Source: an uncultured Phycisphaerales bacterium (GTDB lineage Bacteria > Planctomycetota > Phycisphaerae > Tepidisphaerales > Tepidisphaeraceae). From it: a stretch of DNA of 64,000 bases. Numbering within the stretch: position 1 is the first letter of the stretch; every line of letters begins with the position of its first letter. The notes beneath the pieces are model-generated. The model was not told the DNA's origin and did no database searches. It worked only from the letters and a program-made list of their open reading frames with translations. Of the stretch, positions 41,413-52,402 are shown piece by piece. The translations under genes were made by a program, and so were the position numbers. The DNA is taken from the NCBI GenBank assembly GCA_963755915.1, contig CAVWLP010000001.1, positions 1 to 64,000 on the forward strand, in the 5' to 3' direction.

Positions 41413-42778
41413 TGGGAATTCAAAAAAACATTTCGGCTCATGGCTACCCGCACCCGGTCCGCACATCGCTTCAATTCGGCACGCCCATACTCGCGCAGCC
41501 CGTCGGTGCCGTGCTGTTTGTAATAAAGCGAAATGTTGGTAAACGCTTCGGAAAGCTTCGCCTTCCCCAGGACGTTATAGGCGGTGTCATGCTCCTGCGG
41601 CACCAGGGCGCCAGCGCCGAGTAAACCTTCCCAAGCGAAAGGTTGCTGTAGAACGGATCCGGCTGCTGAAGCTCCGGCCGTCCCCAGGCCGCCTTCAGCG
41701 GCGGCAGAATGTGAGTCTCGGCAAATCGCGGGCCGAGCTGCGCCGGGTCATAGTAAAGATACATCGCCAGCTTCCAGGCAAGATCGAAATTCCTGCAATG
41801 CTTCGTGATCGCCAGCCCGCACCCGCCCCAGGTGCTGGTAGGCAGCCCGCCCGGTTCCCACACGGGCAGCGGCATCAAGGCAAGTTTTCCGGAGAGGCTG
41901 GGGATTTCCAGTTCGATTCGGTTGGAGCGCCAATCAGGACAAAAATAGAAGAGGCACAACCCGTCGATCATGGCCATCGCGAAGTTCTGCCCCTCGCCGC
42001 ACGGGAACGCGATTTGGCCCGGGCCTTCGATCTGCTGCACATACCAGCAGATCACATCCAGGGCGGCTTCGTTGTCGAAACTGACGCGCCCCTGCGCGTC
42101 GAAAACGGTGACGCCGTGCTGAAGGAGAAGGAGAATCAGCGTGTCGTTGCCGTCGGTCTGGAGATCGAGCATGTAGTGCTTGGGAACGCCGTCGGCTTGC
42201 GTGGTCTCCTTCACGACCTGCCGACCCACTCGCGCAAATTCATCCCACGTGGTGAGCTTATTGACGTCGATCCCAAGCTGCTCGCAAAGATCCCGCCGGT
42301 AAACCAGCATCACCGGATGAACATCGTGCGGCAACGCAAAAACATGCCCGCGCGACGACCATTTCGCCAGACGGTTGCTGACGAGCTGATCGCCAAGCCC
42401 GCTGGATTTAATCTTGTCGGTCAGATCGACGAAACCGACATCCTGAATCGGGCCCCTGGTGAAAAAGCCGATGGAGCCGTACATCAGCTCCACCATGTCC
42501 GGCACATCCGCGCCGACTTGAAGCGCCGCCTGAAGCCGGCTCTGAAGCGCGTTCTGATCGGTCAACTGGATCTGCACGTTGCAGTGGTTTTCCTCATCGA
42601 AACGCTCGACGGCCGCGCGATAGACGTCCGCCTGTTCCGGTACAAATGTCGCCAGGACCAGGTCCGGCTCCTGATAACCATGATGTCGGGAAACCGGCAC
42701 CCAAAGTGCCAGGCAAATGCCCGTGGCTAGAGCGATGATCAGAATCGCCAGTGGAACGGGGCCGAAGGGGAATTTCAT
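41409..42778 (-). CDS. Sugar ABC transporter solute-binding protein (frameshift near 41605)
   Basis: N-terminal hydrophobic anchor, DVPD, FVDLTD, LVYRRDL, TWDEF, WGGCGLAI (SBP family 1). Confidence 0.85.
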
Positions 42779-44421
42779 GGCGCCTCCGGTGGTGCGGTAA
42801 GGCACAGCGTGCTCACGCTGAACGGCGGCATCGCGTAATCCAACTCGTGCGAAGCGCCAATCGCCTGCCCGCCGGCATATTTCGGATCGGCGCCGCCCGC
42901 GGTGAGCTGATAGATCTCAGCATGGGTGTAGTCATCCGCATTGTGAAGTGAAACGCGTCCTTCAAGCGGGTGCTGCGTTTTGTTGATCAGAACCACGACC
43001 ATCCGCCCGTCCACTTGCGAATCAATGCTGGCGTAGATGGAGCATTTGGCGGCATTGCCGCTGACGGCGTGGATGGAAATATCGCCAAACGTCGCGCTTT
43101 TACCGTCGTAATTCCGATACATCTCGAACGCGCCGCCGATAAAAGGCATTTTTCCCATGTCCGGCCAAAGCGCCGCGGCAAAAACTCCTTCACGCCCGAA
43201 GATTCCGAGCACATCCGCCTGGGCGATCGCGCCGGAAATATCCCCCCCACCGCCGTAATTGTATTCGCTGATCGAAAGCTTCGTGCCGGGATAGCACTTC
43301 TCGATTTTGGCCCGCAGGGCGGGAATGAGACAGATCGGCGCACCGGTCGAATCCTGGGTGATCCAACTGTTTTCGGTGTAAGTCGGGTCCCAAAGAGACC
43401 GCGGCGCCTGGACCCGTGCGGCCACGACCGCCGGAGAGCTGTTTGTCGCTGGCCCGGTAATTCGCACCCCCCCGCCGGTGGCTTCCGGATACCAGTGAAC
43501 ATCCAGCACATCCAGAAGCCGGCGGCCCTGCGATTTCTCGGCCGCAGCCATGCGCTGAAGGTAATATTCCTGGAAATCGCGATTCTGCGCGTCGGCCGCC
43601 CCCTGGAGCCGGATATATCCAAACCATCCGTAGTTCACCGGCCCAAAAATGAGCGTCGAATCCATAACGTTCTTGATCGCGCCCGCATAGACGATCGATT
43701 GATCCACCAGCTCTTCGTAGGTGATCGGGTCGGAACGAATCTCCGGGTGCGTCTTGGTCCACCAGTCCGGCTCATTATCGAGGCTGAACCAAATCGGGCG
43801 ATTGATGTCGCTCAGGCAGTAGGGATAATTTGTCTTCACCCAATTGACGAATTCATCCTGATAAACAGCCGGGGCGTTGGACGATGGCCAAAGATAAAAC
43901 GGTCCATTTTTAGAAGGCCGGCTCGGTTTGAATCGCTTGCGAAGATAATCGGGGCCGCCGCTGCGCACATCGCCCGGCGGAGATTTGTCGGAGGAAACAT
44001 AACCGGCCATCGGAATCGTCAGCAGAATTCCCGCGTTGTGCTGGGAAGCAGCATCGAGTGCCGGCATGAGCGCGCCGCCGGGCGTATCCTCCTTCCCCTT
44101 AAACATATCGCCTGAAACCAGGTAGTCGTCGTTCTGGCAGAGGTAATCTGTGCCGGCATTCGAGGCGTTGTTGGTCCAGTTAAACGCGGTGAAGCGATTT
44201 CCGCCGAGGCGGGTGAATGTCAGGTTCGAATATTGGCCGCCCAGACCGTCGACGTAGCCGTGGAACTGATTGATTCCGTAGATGAATCGGGAAATCGGTT
44301 TGACGTCCTGCTGGGTATCGACGTCGAGTTGAACGGTCGCAACTTCCTGTCCGGCAGCGATGCCAAACAAGAAAAAGAGAGTGAGGATCGATGTAAAAAA
44401 GCGAATCATGGACGCCGCCAT
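42775..44421 (-). CDS. Secreted glycoside hydrolase family 44 (endoglucanase/xyloglucanase)
   Basis: ISRFIYG, RLGGNR..FNW..NASNAG.D, LDNEP..W..TH, LDVHWYPEA, RSLWDPTY, ISEYNYG. Signal peptide. Start 44421 or 44409. Confidence 0.9.
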   Translation of the reverse strand: MAASMIRFFTSILTLFFLFGIAAGQEVATVQLDVDTQQDVKPISRFIYGINQFHGYVDGLGGQYSNLTFTRLGGNRFTAFNWTNNASNAGTDYLCQNDDYLVSGDMFKGKEDTPGGALMPALDAASQHNAGILLTIPMAGYVSSDKSPPGDVRSGGPDYLRKRFKPSRPSKNGPFYLWPSSNAPAVYQDEFVNWVKTNYPYCLSDINRPIWFSLDNEPDWWTKTHPEIRSDPITYEELVDQSIVYAGAIKNVMDSTLIFGPVNYGWFGYIRLQGAADAQNRDFQEYYLQRMAAAEKSQGRRLLDVLDVHWYPEATGGGVRITGPATNSSPAVVAARVQAPRSLWDPTYTENSWITQDSTGAPICLIPALRAKIEKCYPGTKLSISEYNYGGGGDISGAIAQADVLGIFGREGVFAAALWPDMGKMPFIGGAFEMYRNYDGKSATFGDISIHAVSGNAAKCSIYASIDSQVDGRMVVVLINKTQHPLEGRVSLHNADDYTHAEIYQLTAGGADPKYAGGQAIGASHELDYAMPPFSVSTLCLTAPPEAP

Positions 44422-44489
44422 GGGAGTACCATCATCGCTGGATGGGACGAGAAGCTCAATTTTCCTCCGCCGCTTGACGTAATCGCCAC

Positions 44490-44501
44490 GTAATCGTTTA
44501 C
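44490..44501. promoter_or_regulatory. LacI-type operator 2 (upstream of GH44-ABC operon)
   Basis: GTAATCGTTTAC, 3 bp downstream of a minus-strand TG-n-TACAAT extended -10. Confidence 0.75.
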
Positions 44502-44613
44502 GCGATTGTACCAAAAAAAGTCCCCTACTCGTGGTAAGCAGGGGAACTTCAAAGAGGAGGGTATGTTACGTCAAATCATCCCGGATCACAAAAACCGGGA
44601 GGAAATTTCGTCA

Positions 44614-45609
44614 TCAGACCTTTTTGGCCCGGCGGCGGGCCATTAAACCAACAGCGCCGAGGCCGAGCAAACTTAGGGTCGCCGGCTCTGGGACAAGGGC
44701 GACCTGGAATCCGTCGAGGTACGTTGAATCGGAATTCTGGCCAGAGCCGGTGCCGCCGAATCCGTATACGGTGACTGAGCCGTTGCCGTTCGCCGTCAGA
44801 TTGAACACCGCCGGAGCCGGGGTGGTGCCGGCCGCCCAGGTAATGGACTGCATGTCAGAGGGCGCGGTGAAGGTATTGTTGTTGGCTGGAGTCGCCGCCC
44901 ACCATCCGTCCAAACCGCCGGACGTTGTTGGTGCGGTTGCCGTCCAATTCGTGGTGTGGCTGCCGCTGGAATCATAGGAATAGAGAGCGATTTCGTAGGG
45001 CGCATCTGGAATCAGACCGCCAAACTGTACCTGGACGTAGTTCGTGCCCTGGACGTTGCTGCCGCTGGTACCAGCAAAGATAAAGTCCTGAAACATATCA
45101 TTGTCGCCCGCGCCGTTCGGGCCGGTGGGGCTGCCGCGATCGCGCGAATTCATCGACGCCGTGCCGTTCACCTGCGCATAGTCGGCCGAATTGTTTGTGG
45201 TATCGATGCCGATCGTCACCGTCGTAGGCGTGATTGGATTTTGCGGACCATAGTTGTAAGGACTAATTAAGGGAGGACCATTGAAGGTGAAAGTTTTCGT
45301 TATGCTCGAGGCATTCACGTTGGGGCTCGACTGACTCGAGGGCAATTGGGTGTTATCGCCGCCCGAATAGGCATTACCTCCCCAGGGGGACCAAAGAACG
45401 CCGTAAGGATCGGCCGTGAAAGCGCCGCTACTTACATTTTCATTCCAGCCATTCGTAGGTGTTTGGGCGCCGCTGAGCGGGCCGCCGTTGAGATCCACCG
45501 ACAAAAAGGCGTTGGTCAGAGGCCCAGTGAAAGTACCGGTGGAAGCGAATGCTCCCGAGGCGTACAGGCCCAAAGTTGATACCGCCAGGACTGCAAGATT
45601 CCGCCGCAT
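44614..45609 (-). CDS. PEP-CTERM sorted surface protein
   Basis: GGAGG RBS, signal peptide, beta-rich body, VPEPATLSLLGLGAVGLMARRRAKKV. Confidence 0.9.
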   Translation of the reverse strand: MRRNLAVLAVSTLGLYASGAFASTGTFTGPLTNAFLSVDLNGGPLSGAQTPTNGWNENVSSGAFTADPYGVLWSPWGGNAYSGGDNTQLPSSQSSPNVNASSITKTFTFNGPPLISPYNYGPQNPITPTTVTIGIDTTNNSADYAQVNGTASMNSRDRGSPTGPNGAGDNDMFQDFIFAGTSGSNVQGTNYVQVQFGGLIPDAPYEIALYSYDSSGSHTTNWTATAPTTSGGLDGWWAATPANNNTFTAPSDMQSITWAAGTTPAPAVFNLTANGNGSVTVYGFGGTGSGQNSDSTYLDGFQVALVPEPATLSLLGLGAVGLMARRRAKKV

Positions 45610-45733
45610 AAGAGCCCTCCAAAGAGTTGAAAATAGGACCTGTTCGAGCGGCGCCTGAGATGAGAACTGAACTGCAACTATCTCCCGCTTCCAGGTCGTC
45701 CGCATTTTCTGGTTCGCGGCGTGAACACGCCAC

Positions 45734-45775
45734 GTAAACGATTACTGAATTTACACTGCCCAGGACGCGTGTCAA
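45734..45775 (-). promoter_or_regulatory. Sigma70 promoter plus LacI-type operator 3
   Basis: Minus strand TTGACA-N16-TAAATT, followed 2 bp later by the operator (plus strand GTAAACGATTAC, 45734-45745). Confidence 0.75.
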
Positions 45776-46066
45776 GAAAATTTTTGCGGTTTTTGTCGTA
45801 ATCAAGGCGCGGCGTTGCGGAAAACGGGCGAACCACCCTTGCCCGCGACGGGATACGCCGACATCCGCACAAGCGACCGATCCTGCCCGTGATTTTCTGC
45901 ACAATCTACCCCCCGATTCTCCAATAGAATATGCGCGGGAAATCCTCAAATCGGCTGTATAATCGTACCCTTTGGGGAGGCGGACAACGCGGACGCAAAA
46001 TCGGTTTCAGGAGCTGACGGCGGTTCGGTTTGCGACCCCGGGGACTGCGGAATAGCAAAAATTATG

Positions 46067-46110
46067 TTGACAACGCGAAGAGGGACAAGTTATAACTAGT
46101 AATCGGTTAC
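46067..46110 (+). promoter_or_regulatory. Sigma70 promoter plus LacI-type operator 4
   Basis: TTGACA-N18-TATAAC, followed 2 bp later by GTAATCGGTTAC (46099-46110). Confidence 0.78.
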
Positions 46111-46189
46111 TTGAAGGTTTGGACACGTGGCTGGCGGGTATTCGGTGCGGTTTAGGGGCTTGGCGGAGGTCCGGAAAGGCGAGAACTTC

Positions 46190-47251
46190 ATGTCCACACA
46201 GACCCTTAGACAATCCAAAGAGTGCCCCAGCCGAGCAGGCGGTTTTACCTTGGTTGAGTTGCTCGTTGTCATCGGAATTATCGCATTACTGGTTGCAATT
46301 CTCCTTCCCGCACTGAACCCGCGCGAGCAGGCCATGTTGGTGCAGTGCCAATCGAACGAGCGCCAGATCGGCCTGGCGATCTTCATGTATGCGGGTGACA
46401 ACCAGGGGTCTCTGCCGATGGGGTATTGGGACGGGTCGTGTGTGAATGGAACTTTTACTGGTATCGCAGCCGGCTCCGCACAGCAAGGCAATTATGCCAC
46501 CTTCTGGTCAGTCGAAATTATGCCCTACATCGCCAAAGGCGGTGCTACGTGGAATAGCAACGCCCAAAACGGCGGAACGAACAGCTCGATTCGAAGGGTA
46601 TTTTGCTGCCCGGAAGTCCCTGCCGACGAATATAGTCTGACAACGTCCGCCACAGTCACGCAATACGTAAGCCATCCGCGCCTGATGCCGTGGATGCCTG
46701 GTGGACTGACCTCAACCGGCGGCACCCCATGGCCCAATCCTGATCCGATTACAGGGAAATATCCCCAGCCTTATCGGCTGGCCCACATCAAACAAAGCGC
46801 AGAGATCGGAATGATTTTCGACGCCGCATTGGTGGTTGACCCACCTCCCCCCACGGGCAGCGGTTCGGGAATGAATGCTTTTGATACGGTTCCCGTGGGA
46901 TGCCAGATCGATGGTGGGGTCATGAATCCGGATAACCAGCCGACCACTTACATGACGGATCAATATTCGTATTCCGGAAACACCAGCAGTTCGCTTAACG
47001 GCGGACAGTCGATTAGCGCAGCCGCCGCGCATTACGTCCCCTATTCAAACCCCCTGAACATAAACATGGATACCGCCATCAATGATGGCATTGGCACAAA
47101 CGGGGGACAGTTCGGAAACCTCCGATTCAGGCATGTCGGCAACACCCAGTGCAATGTGCTTTTTGCCGATGGGCACGTCCAGGCCTTTACCTACACCGCA
47201 AAGACTCGAGTAACCGATCTGCTTCGCAAAAACCTCTATGTGAATCCCTGA
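46190..47251 (+). CDS. DUF1559 prepilin-type N-terminal cleavage/methylation protein with H-X9-DG C-terminal motif
   Basis: G^[35 protein letters not shown], and RH...NVLFADGHV. Confidence 0.92.
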   Translation: MSTQTLRQSKECPSRAGGFTLVELLVVIGIIALLVAILLPALNPREQAMLVQCQSNERQIGLAIFMYAGDNQGSLPMGYWDGSCVNGTFTGIAAGSAQQGNYATFWSVEIMPYIAKGGATWNSNAQNGGTNSSIRRVFCCPEVPADEYSLTTSATVTQYVSHPRLMPWMPGGLTSTGGTPWPNPDPITGKYPQPYRLAHIKQSAEIGMIFDAALVVDPPPPTGSGSGMNAFDTVPVGCQIDGGVMNPDNQPTTYMTDQYSYSGNTSSSLNGGQSISAAAAHYVPYSNPLNINMDTAINDGIGTNGGQFGNLRFRHVGNTQCNVLFADGHVQAFTYTAKTRVTDLLRKNLYVNP

Positions 47252-47282
47252 GTGGTCGGTGGAAACGGCTTGGGAATAGCAC

Positions 47283-47759
47283 ATGGGTTTCCGCGAACAG
47301 CTCAATCGGAAGCCAACCTTGAGCGCTGGGGTCGTATTCGGACTCCTGGCGCTGCTGGCTGTCTGGGCTCTGGTTGTGCGGTTGACGAACCGCGCATCTT
47401 TGCAGGCAGGTGGCGAAATCTATTTCAGCACCAATGATGGAAAAACCTGGTTCGCGAACCCGGCCATGAATCAGCCGCCGTTTGACTACGATGGCGCCAC
47501 GGCCGTGCGCTGCTACGTCTTTCGCGTTGGTGATTCAGCCTCTTTTGTCGGCTATTTGGAAACCAATACTCCCCAGATGTACGATCTGCTCACCGGTGTT
47601 TCGCACGGTCCAGGCGCGCTGCCCGCCGGTGGAACGCTGGTCAAAAAGCCTGGCGCTGGAACTTGGGTGCCGGCGATGAGCCCCGCCGGAATGAAGATTA
47701 CCAACGTAACTGATCCCGCCGGCTCCGGCGAAGAACCGCAACCAGTCTTACCGGAGTAA
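47283..47759 (+). CDS. Small membrane-anchored hypothetical protein
   Basis: Single N-terminal TM, then YFSTNDGKTWF...PPFDYDG..AVRCYVF...FVGYLE...LVKKPG..WV. Directly follows the DUF1559 gene. Confidence 0.75.
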   Translation: MGFREQLNRKPTLSAGVVFGLLALLAVWALVVRLTNRASLQAGGEIYFSTNDGKTWFANPAMNQPPFDYDGATAVRCYVFRVGDSASFVGYLETNTPQMYDLLTGVSHGPGALPAGGTLVKKPGAGTWVPAMSPAGMKITNVTDPAGSGEEPQPVLPE

Positions 47760-47773
47760 AGGGAAACCACCCG

Positions 47774-49591
47774 ATGCCAAACCCGCGGCTGAACATTCTT
47801 TTCAATTCTTTTGCCGCGATTGCCGTTGCCGGTGCGATCATCGCCTGCACCGCGTGCAGCTCCACCACCGAAACATCCCCCAAGCCCGACCGCCAGATGC
47901 TTCCCCCAACCGGGCTCCGCGCTTTCACGCCTTTTGGCGATCAGATGGCACTCGAACGGCTCCAGATCGTCGCCGTCGATCATCCGAAGTTCAATTCCGC
48001 CATTCAGGTCCAGACCCAGGGCGGCGCAAGGGTCGATTGGAACACCGAAATCATCGCGCCGGTCACCGAGCCTGTTAAGCGCGGCGAGGTGCTTCTCGCA
48101 CATTTCTGGCTGCGCTGCACAAATTCCATGACCGGCGAAGGATATACCTCCTTCGAATTCGAGCTGAACCACGGCGAATACGACAAGGCCGTCGATTTTC
48201 GAATCAGCGCCGAGCAGCAATGGAAAGAGGTTTTCGTACCCTTCGAGGCCGACCGCGATTTCCCCCTTGGCGAGGCCCGCATCTGCTTTCGAACCGGGTT
48301 CGATCAGCAGACCATCCAGCTCGGCGGCATCGAGCTTTTGAATTTTCACGACCGCGTGAAGTTGTCACAACTGCCGGCGACCAAGATCACCTATGCGGGC
48401 CGTGACCCCAACGCCCAGTGGCGCAAAGACGCCCTGGCCCGCATCGAGAAAATCCGCAAAGGAAATCTGGACATTTACGTGACCGATTCCGATGGCCGGC
48501 CCATCGAAGGCGCGACCGCCCACGCGGTGCTTCGCCGGCATGCCTTTGGATTCGGGACCTGCGTGGACGCCAGTTTCCTGACAGGAAATACGCCCGATGA
48601 CGAGCGGTATCGCCAAACGGTTCTGGCGCTCTTTAACCGCGCGGTCTTTGAGAACGACATGAAGTGGCCGGAGATTTACGACGGTGTTCCCCCGATGGTC
48701 GACCAATCCGTGAAATGGCTTCTCGATCACCACTTCAAGATCCGTGGCCACAACCTGATCTGGCCAAGCTGGCAATGGATGCCCCCGCAACTGGAGGCGT
48801 ATGCCTACGATCCGAAAAAGCTGCGCCAAATCATCGCCAAACACATCACGGACACCGTAACCCATTTTCGCGGCCAGATGATCGACTGGGACGTGGTAAA
48901 CGAGCCGTTCACCAATTACGACCTGTTCGACGACCTGGGAATGGGCGCCGGGCAGCTCGTGGTGCAGTGGTACAAGCTCGCCCACCAGGCCGATCCGAAC
49001 TGCCGATTGTTTCTCAACGACTTCGGCATTCTCGACGGCCCCGCCTTTAGCGAGCATCGCGAAAACTTTTCCGAAAACATCTCCTATCTCCAGCAGAGCG
49101 GCGCCCCCATCGGCGGCATCGGAATTCAATCTCACTTCGGAACCGAAATCCCACCGCCCGAAAACATCATCAAGATCCTCGACCGGTTTTCCAAATTCAA
49201 TCTGCCCATCGAATTGACCGAAGTGAGCATCAATCTCCAGGACCGCCAGCTCCAGGCGGATTACCTGCGCGATTACCTGATCGCCTGCTTCTCCGAGCCG
49301 CGCGTCGAAGCAATCATGATGTGGGGATTCTGGGCCGGCCGCCACTGGCGGCCCGAAGCCGCGCTCTATGACCTCCAATGGAACATCCGGCCGATCGGCC
49401 AGACATGGATCGACCTCACGCAAAAACAGTGGACCACCGACGCGACGGCCATGACGGACTCCAGCGGCGTCGCCAATGTGCGCGGTTTTTACGGAACCTA
49501 CGAAATCACCATTACCGCCGGATCGAAGCAGCAGACCGTAACCACCGAATTGAAGCCCGGCGGTTCTCGCCTTGACGTTCACATGGAGTGA
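47774..49591 (+). CDS. Glycoside hydrolase family 10 (endo-xylanase-like) with N-terminal CBM-like domain
   Basis: ENDMKW, RGHNLIW, WDVVNEP (acid/base), GIGIQSH, ELTE (nucleophile), WGFW. Signal peptide, possibly lipoprotein. Confidence 0.9.
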   Translation: MPNPRLNILFNSFAAIAVAGAIIACTACSSTTETSPKPDRQMLPPTGLRAFTPFGDQMALERLQIVAVDHPKFNSAIQVQTQGGARVDWNTEIIAPVTEPVKRGEVLLAHFWLRCTNSMTGEGYTSFEFELNHGEYDKAVDFRISAEQQWKEVFVPFEADRDFPLGEARICFRTGFDQQTIQLGGIELLNFHDRVKLSQLPATKITYAGRDPNAQWRKDALARIEKIRKGNLDIYVTDSDGRPIEGATAHAVLRRHAFGFGTCVDASFLTGNTPDDERYRQTVLALFNRAVFENDMKWPEIYDGVPPMVDQSVKWLLDHHFKIRGHNLIWPSWQWMPPQLEAYAYDPKKLRQIIAKHITDTVTHFRGQMIDWDVVNEPFTNYDLFDDLGMGAGQLVVQWYKLAHQADPNCRLFLNDFGILDGPAFSEHRENFSENISYLQQSGAPIGGIGIQSHFGTEIPPPENIIKILDRFSKFNLPIELTEVSINLQDRQLQADYLRDYLIACFSEPRVEAIMMWGFWAGRHWRPEAALYDLQWNIRPIGQTWIDLTQKQWTTDATAMTDSSGVANVRGFYGTYEITITAGSKQQTVTTELKPGGSRLDVHME

Positions 49592-51315
49592 AAATCCGCG
49601 CCATGACGATGGCAACGATGAAAACATCTCTCGCCGCGGATCTCGTCGATGGAACCCTGATCCAGCTCAACGACAACGGCGCCTGGTGCTGGTTTCAGGA
49701 CCCGCGGATGGTCATCGACCGCACAAACAACACCGTGCTGATCTCCTCGATCGCCAGCTCGCAGGGAACCGGCGGCGAAAATCGAGCCGGAGACGTGGAC
49801 ATAGTGACGTTTCATCCGGACACGGCACAGACCACGCGATCTGTCTTGCATCGCGGCCTCCAGCCCCAGGACGATCACAATGCAGCGGCACTCCTGATCC
49901 GTCCGGACGGGCGCTACCTGGCGATGTATTCACGCCACAATCGCGACAATCTCTCGTATTACCGAATATCGACGCGTCCCCACGATGCCAGCGATTGGGA
50001 GGCTGAGCGCACGTTCGACTGGTCGGATGCGATCACCGCGGCCGGAGCCAATTGCCACGTCACCTATTCCAATCTCTTCCATCTCCCTGCCGAAAGAAGG
50101 GCATACAATTTCTCACGCGCACTCAACGATGACCCCTCAATCCTGATCTCCACCAATGATGGCGACGACTGGACCTTTGGCGCCAAACTCCTCACGGAAG
50201 CAAAGCTCGGATACGTCAACGGCTACACAAAATACGCCTCGAACGGCATCGACCGAATCGATTTCCTCACCACCGAGCACCACCCGCGCGATTTCAACAA
50301 CAGCATCTACCACGGCTTTATCAAGGGCGGCAAACTTTACCGTTCGGATGGATCCGTCGTGGAGCAAAACCTCTTCGCATCCCCCGGCCATTCGCAAACC
50401 GAACTCACAAAAGCCTTCGCGGCCGGCAGCATTTTCCACGGCGAAAAGATGACGCACGCGTGGACAATTGCAATCGGCGTTGACGCTCGCGGCAATCCCT
50501 ACGGCCTGATCTCCGCGCGGGCCAACGATCAGCCGGAAAATACCAATTTCCAGGATCACCGCTTCTTCTACATCCGATACGACGGCAGGCAATGGCAGGC
50601 CCGTCAGCTCGCCAAAGCCGGCGCCAGCCTCTGGGACGCTGAGGAAGATTACACAGGCCTCGCCTCCCTGAATCCCGCCAATCCGAATGAAGTCTTTATC
50701 TCGACCACAATCGATCCGCGCGATGATTCGCCCCTTTCACTGCACGAAATTTTCCACGGCACAACCGAAGATGAAGGACAAACTTGGACCTGGCGCCCCA
50801 TCACACGGAACTCGACGGTCGAAAATCTCCGCCCTCTCGTGGTCGCGTGGGACCGCGACAGTTCGTTGCTCGCTTGGTTCCGGGGAACGATGAGCCGCTC
50901 GCAGGTCTACGACTGTGCGATGGTCGGCGTTCTGCTTCGAAAAGATGAAACGCGGGAAAGGATCCAGTTTTTTCCGTCGGCCGCGCTGGGCAATCCGAAT
51001 GGCGCCCTGGCCCTGCCAGCCGTCGATCAGAGCGGGGGCTACGACGTATACGCTTTCTTCTGGTGCAAATCGGGCCGCGACGGACAGTTCACGGCCGGCC
51101 TCGCGCCCGATCGAATTATGACTCATCGGACGCGCTCCGCACAACAGGCAGAACCCTCCCAGTTTGCCAGCGAGGTCGCCATCGCTAATGGCAACCGTTT
51201 ACTATATCGTGTCTATCTTGGTCGAGCCCTCGTAAGATCGGGCCAGCCGATTCGAATCATCGCCGGCAGCCCGAATTTCGCCGGAGCAGGCTATTGCAAA
51301 GTTCAGCAGCCATGA
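49588..51315 (+). CDS. BNR-4 repeat (beta-propeller) protein
   Basis: NGAWCWFQDPR, DDHN, TYSN, STNDGDDW, TEHHPR, TEDEGQTW Asp-boxes. Confidence 0.8.
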   Translation: MKIRAMTMATMKTSLAADLVDGTLIQLNDNGAWCWFQDPRMVIDRTNNTVLISSIASSQGTGGENRAGDVDIVTFHPDTAQTTRSVLHRGLQPQDDHNAAALLIRPDGRYLAMYSRHNRDNLSYYRISTRPHDASDWEAERTFDWSDAITAAGANCHVTYSNLFHLPAERRAYNFSRALNDDPSILISTNDGDDWTFGAKLLTEAKLGYVNGYTKYASNGIDRIDFLTTEHHPRDFNNSIYHGFIKGGKLYRSDGSVVEQNLFASPGHSQTELTKAFAAGSIFHGEKMTHAWTIAIGVDARGNPYGLISARANDQPENTNFQDHRFFYIRYDGRQWQARQLAKAGASLWDAEEDYTGLASLNPANPNEVFISTTIDPRDDSPLSLHEIFHGTTEDEGQTWTWRPITRNSTVENLRPLVVAWDRDSSLLAWFRGTMSRSQVYDCAMVGVLLRKDETRERIQFFPSAALGNPNGALALPAVDQSGGYDVYAFFWCKSGRDGQFTAGLAPDRIMTHRTRSAQQAEPSQFASEVAIANGNRLLYRVYLGRALVRSGQPIRIIAGSPNFAGAGYCKVQQP

Positions 51316-51341
51316 ATCGATTCGTGTATAATTCGGGTGAA

Positions 51342-52348
51342 ATGAGCAAACGGCCAACGATCACCGATGTTGCCCGCCTCTGCGGCGTCACTGCCGCAAC
51401 GGTCAGCCGGGTTCTCAACGACAAGAAAAAGAACTTTTCAACCACCGAAGCCGTTCGCCAGAAAATCTGGGACACCGCGCGAACTGGGATACGTTCCCGA
51501 TCTAAGCGCGAAGCCTTAGCCTGCGAAACACGCGCGTCATCGGCTTGTTCGCCTCGCCGCAGACCCACGTCGCCGAAGGCATCAACGAATCTTTGCTGGA
51601 AGGAATCGCCGAAACGCTCCACTCAGGCGGCTACGACGTTTTCTTCGGCATGAGCCCCATCCGCAGCACCAAAAACCCGCTCCCCTTCTGGCGATTCGAC
51701 GGCGCAATTCTCATGCAGGCCCCCAAACCCGAGACCGTAACCGAGCTGGGTTTGCGGCGCGTGCCCTACGTCTGCGTGAACGAACGCGTCGGAAATCCAG
51801 CCGCTTACGTGGTTGCCGACGACGCCATGGGAATGAAACGTGCCATCTCCCATCTCACCCAACTCGGCCACAAGCGTTTCGCTTACGCCAACGCCCGGGC
51901 GGCTTATTTCAGCCACTACAGTGTCAACGAAAGATACGGAACATTGCTGGCAGCGGCGCGCGATGGGACCATCAAGCTGGTCCCCGGTCACGACACGCCC
52001 TTCCACTCACCCGCGGAATTCCTGAAAGTGATGGTTGGCGAAGGGGGCGCCACCGCAGTGATCACCTACGATCACCAGATCGCCGTGATGCTGCTCGGTG
52101 CCGCGTATGGAATGGGGATACGGATTCCACAGGACTTCAGCCTGATTTGCTTTAACGATGTTTTCCCGGTGGCGATGCTCTATCCGCCGCTGACGGCCGT
52201 GGCCGTCGCCGGCCGTGAGATGGGTCGCCTTGGCGCGGACTTGCTGCTGAATCATTTGCTTTCGCCGCAGCCGCATAGTGGACGGGAGATTCGAGTTTCC
52301 GAAGACCTGATCGTCCGCGGTTCGACGGCCCCCCCCCCGGCCGCGTAA
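51342..52348 (+). CDS. LacI family transcriptional regulator (frameshifts near 51480-51520)
   Basis: TITDVARLCGVTAATVSRVLN HTH, and sugar-binding domain with HLTQLGHKR, IPQDFSLICFND, PPLT, LIVRGST. Confidence 0.9.
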
Positions 52349-52402
52349 AGCGCAGATTCCTCAAATTGTTCCCCGTTTAACTTCTGAATTGCCCTTTTTT
52401 TC

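Noticed and set aside
44521-44546. TCCCCT..AGGGGA stem as terminator of the PEP-CTERM gene
   Set aside because: The stem is imperfect and overlaps the predicted GH44 promoter region. It is possible but not supportable enough to call.
45970-46040. GGACGCAAAA-containing hairpin as a c-di-GMP-I riboswitch
   Set aside because: It lacks the upstream GGCAAA/GAAA-tetraloop arm and lies upstream of the predicted promoter.
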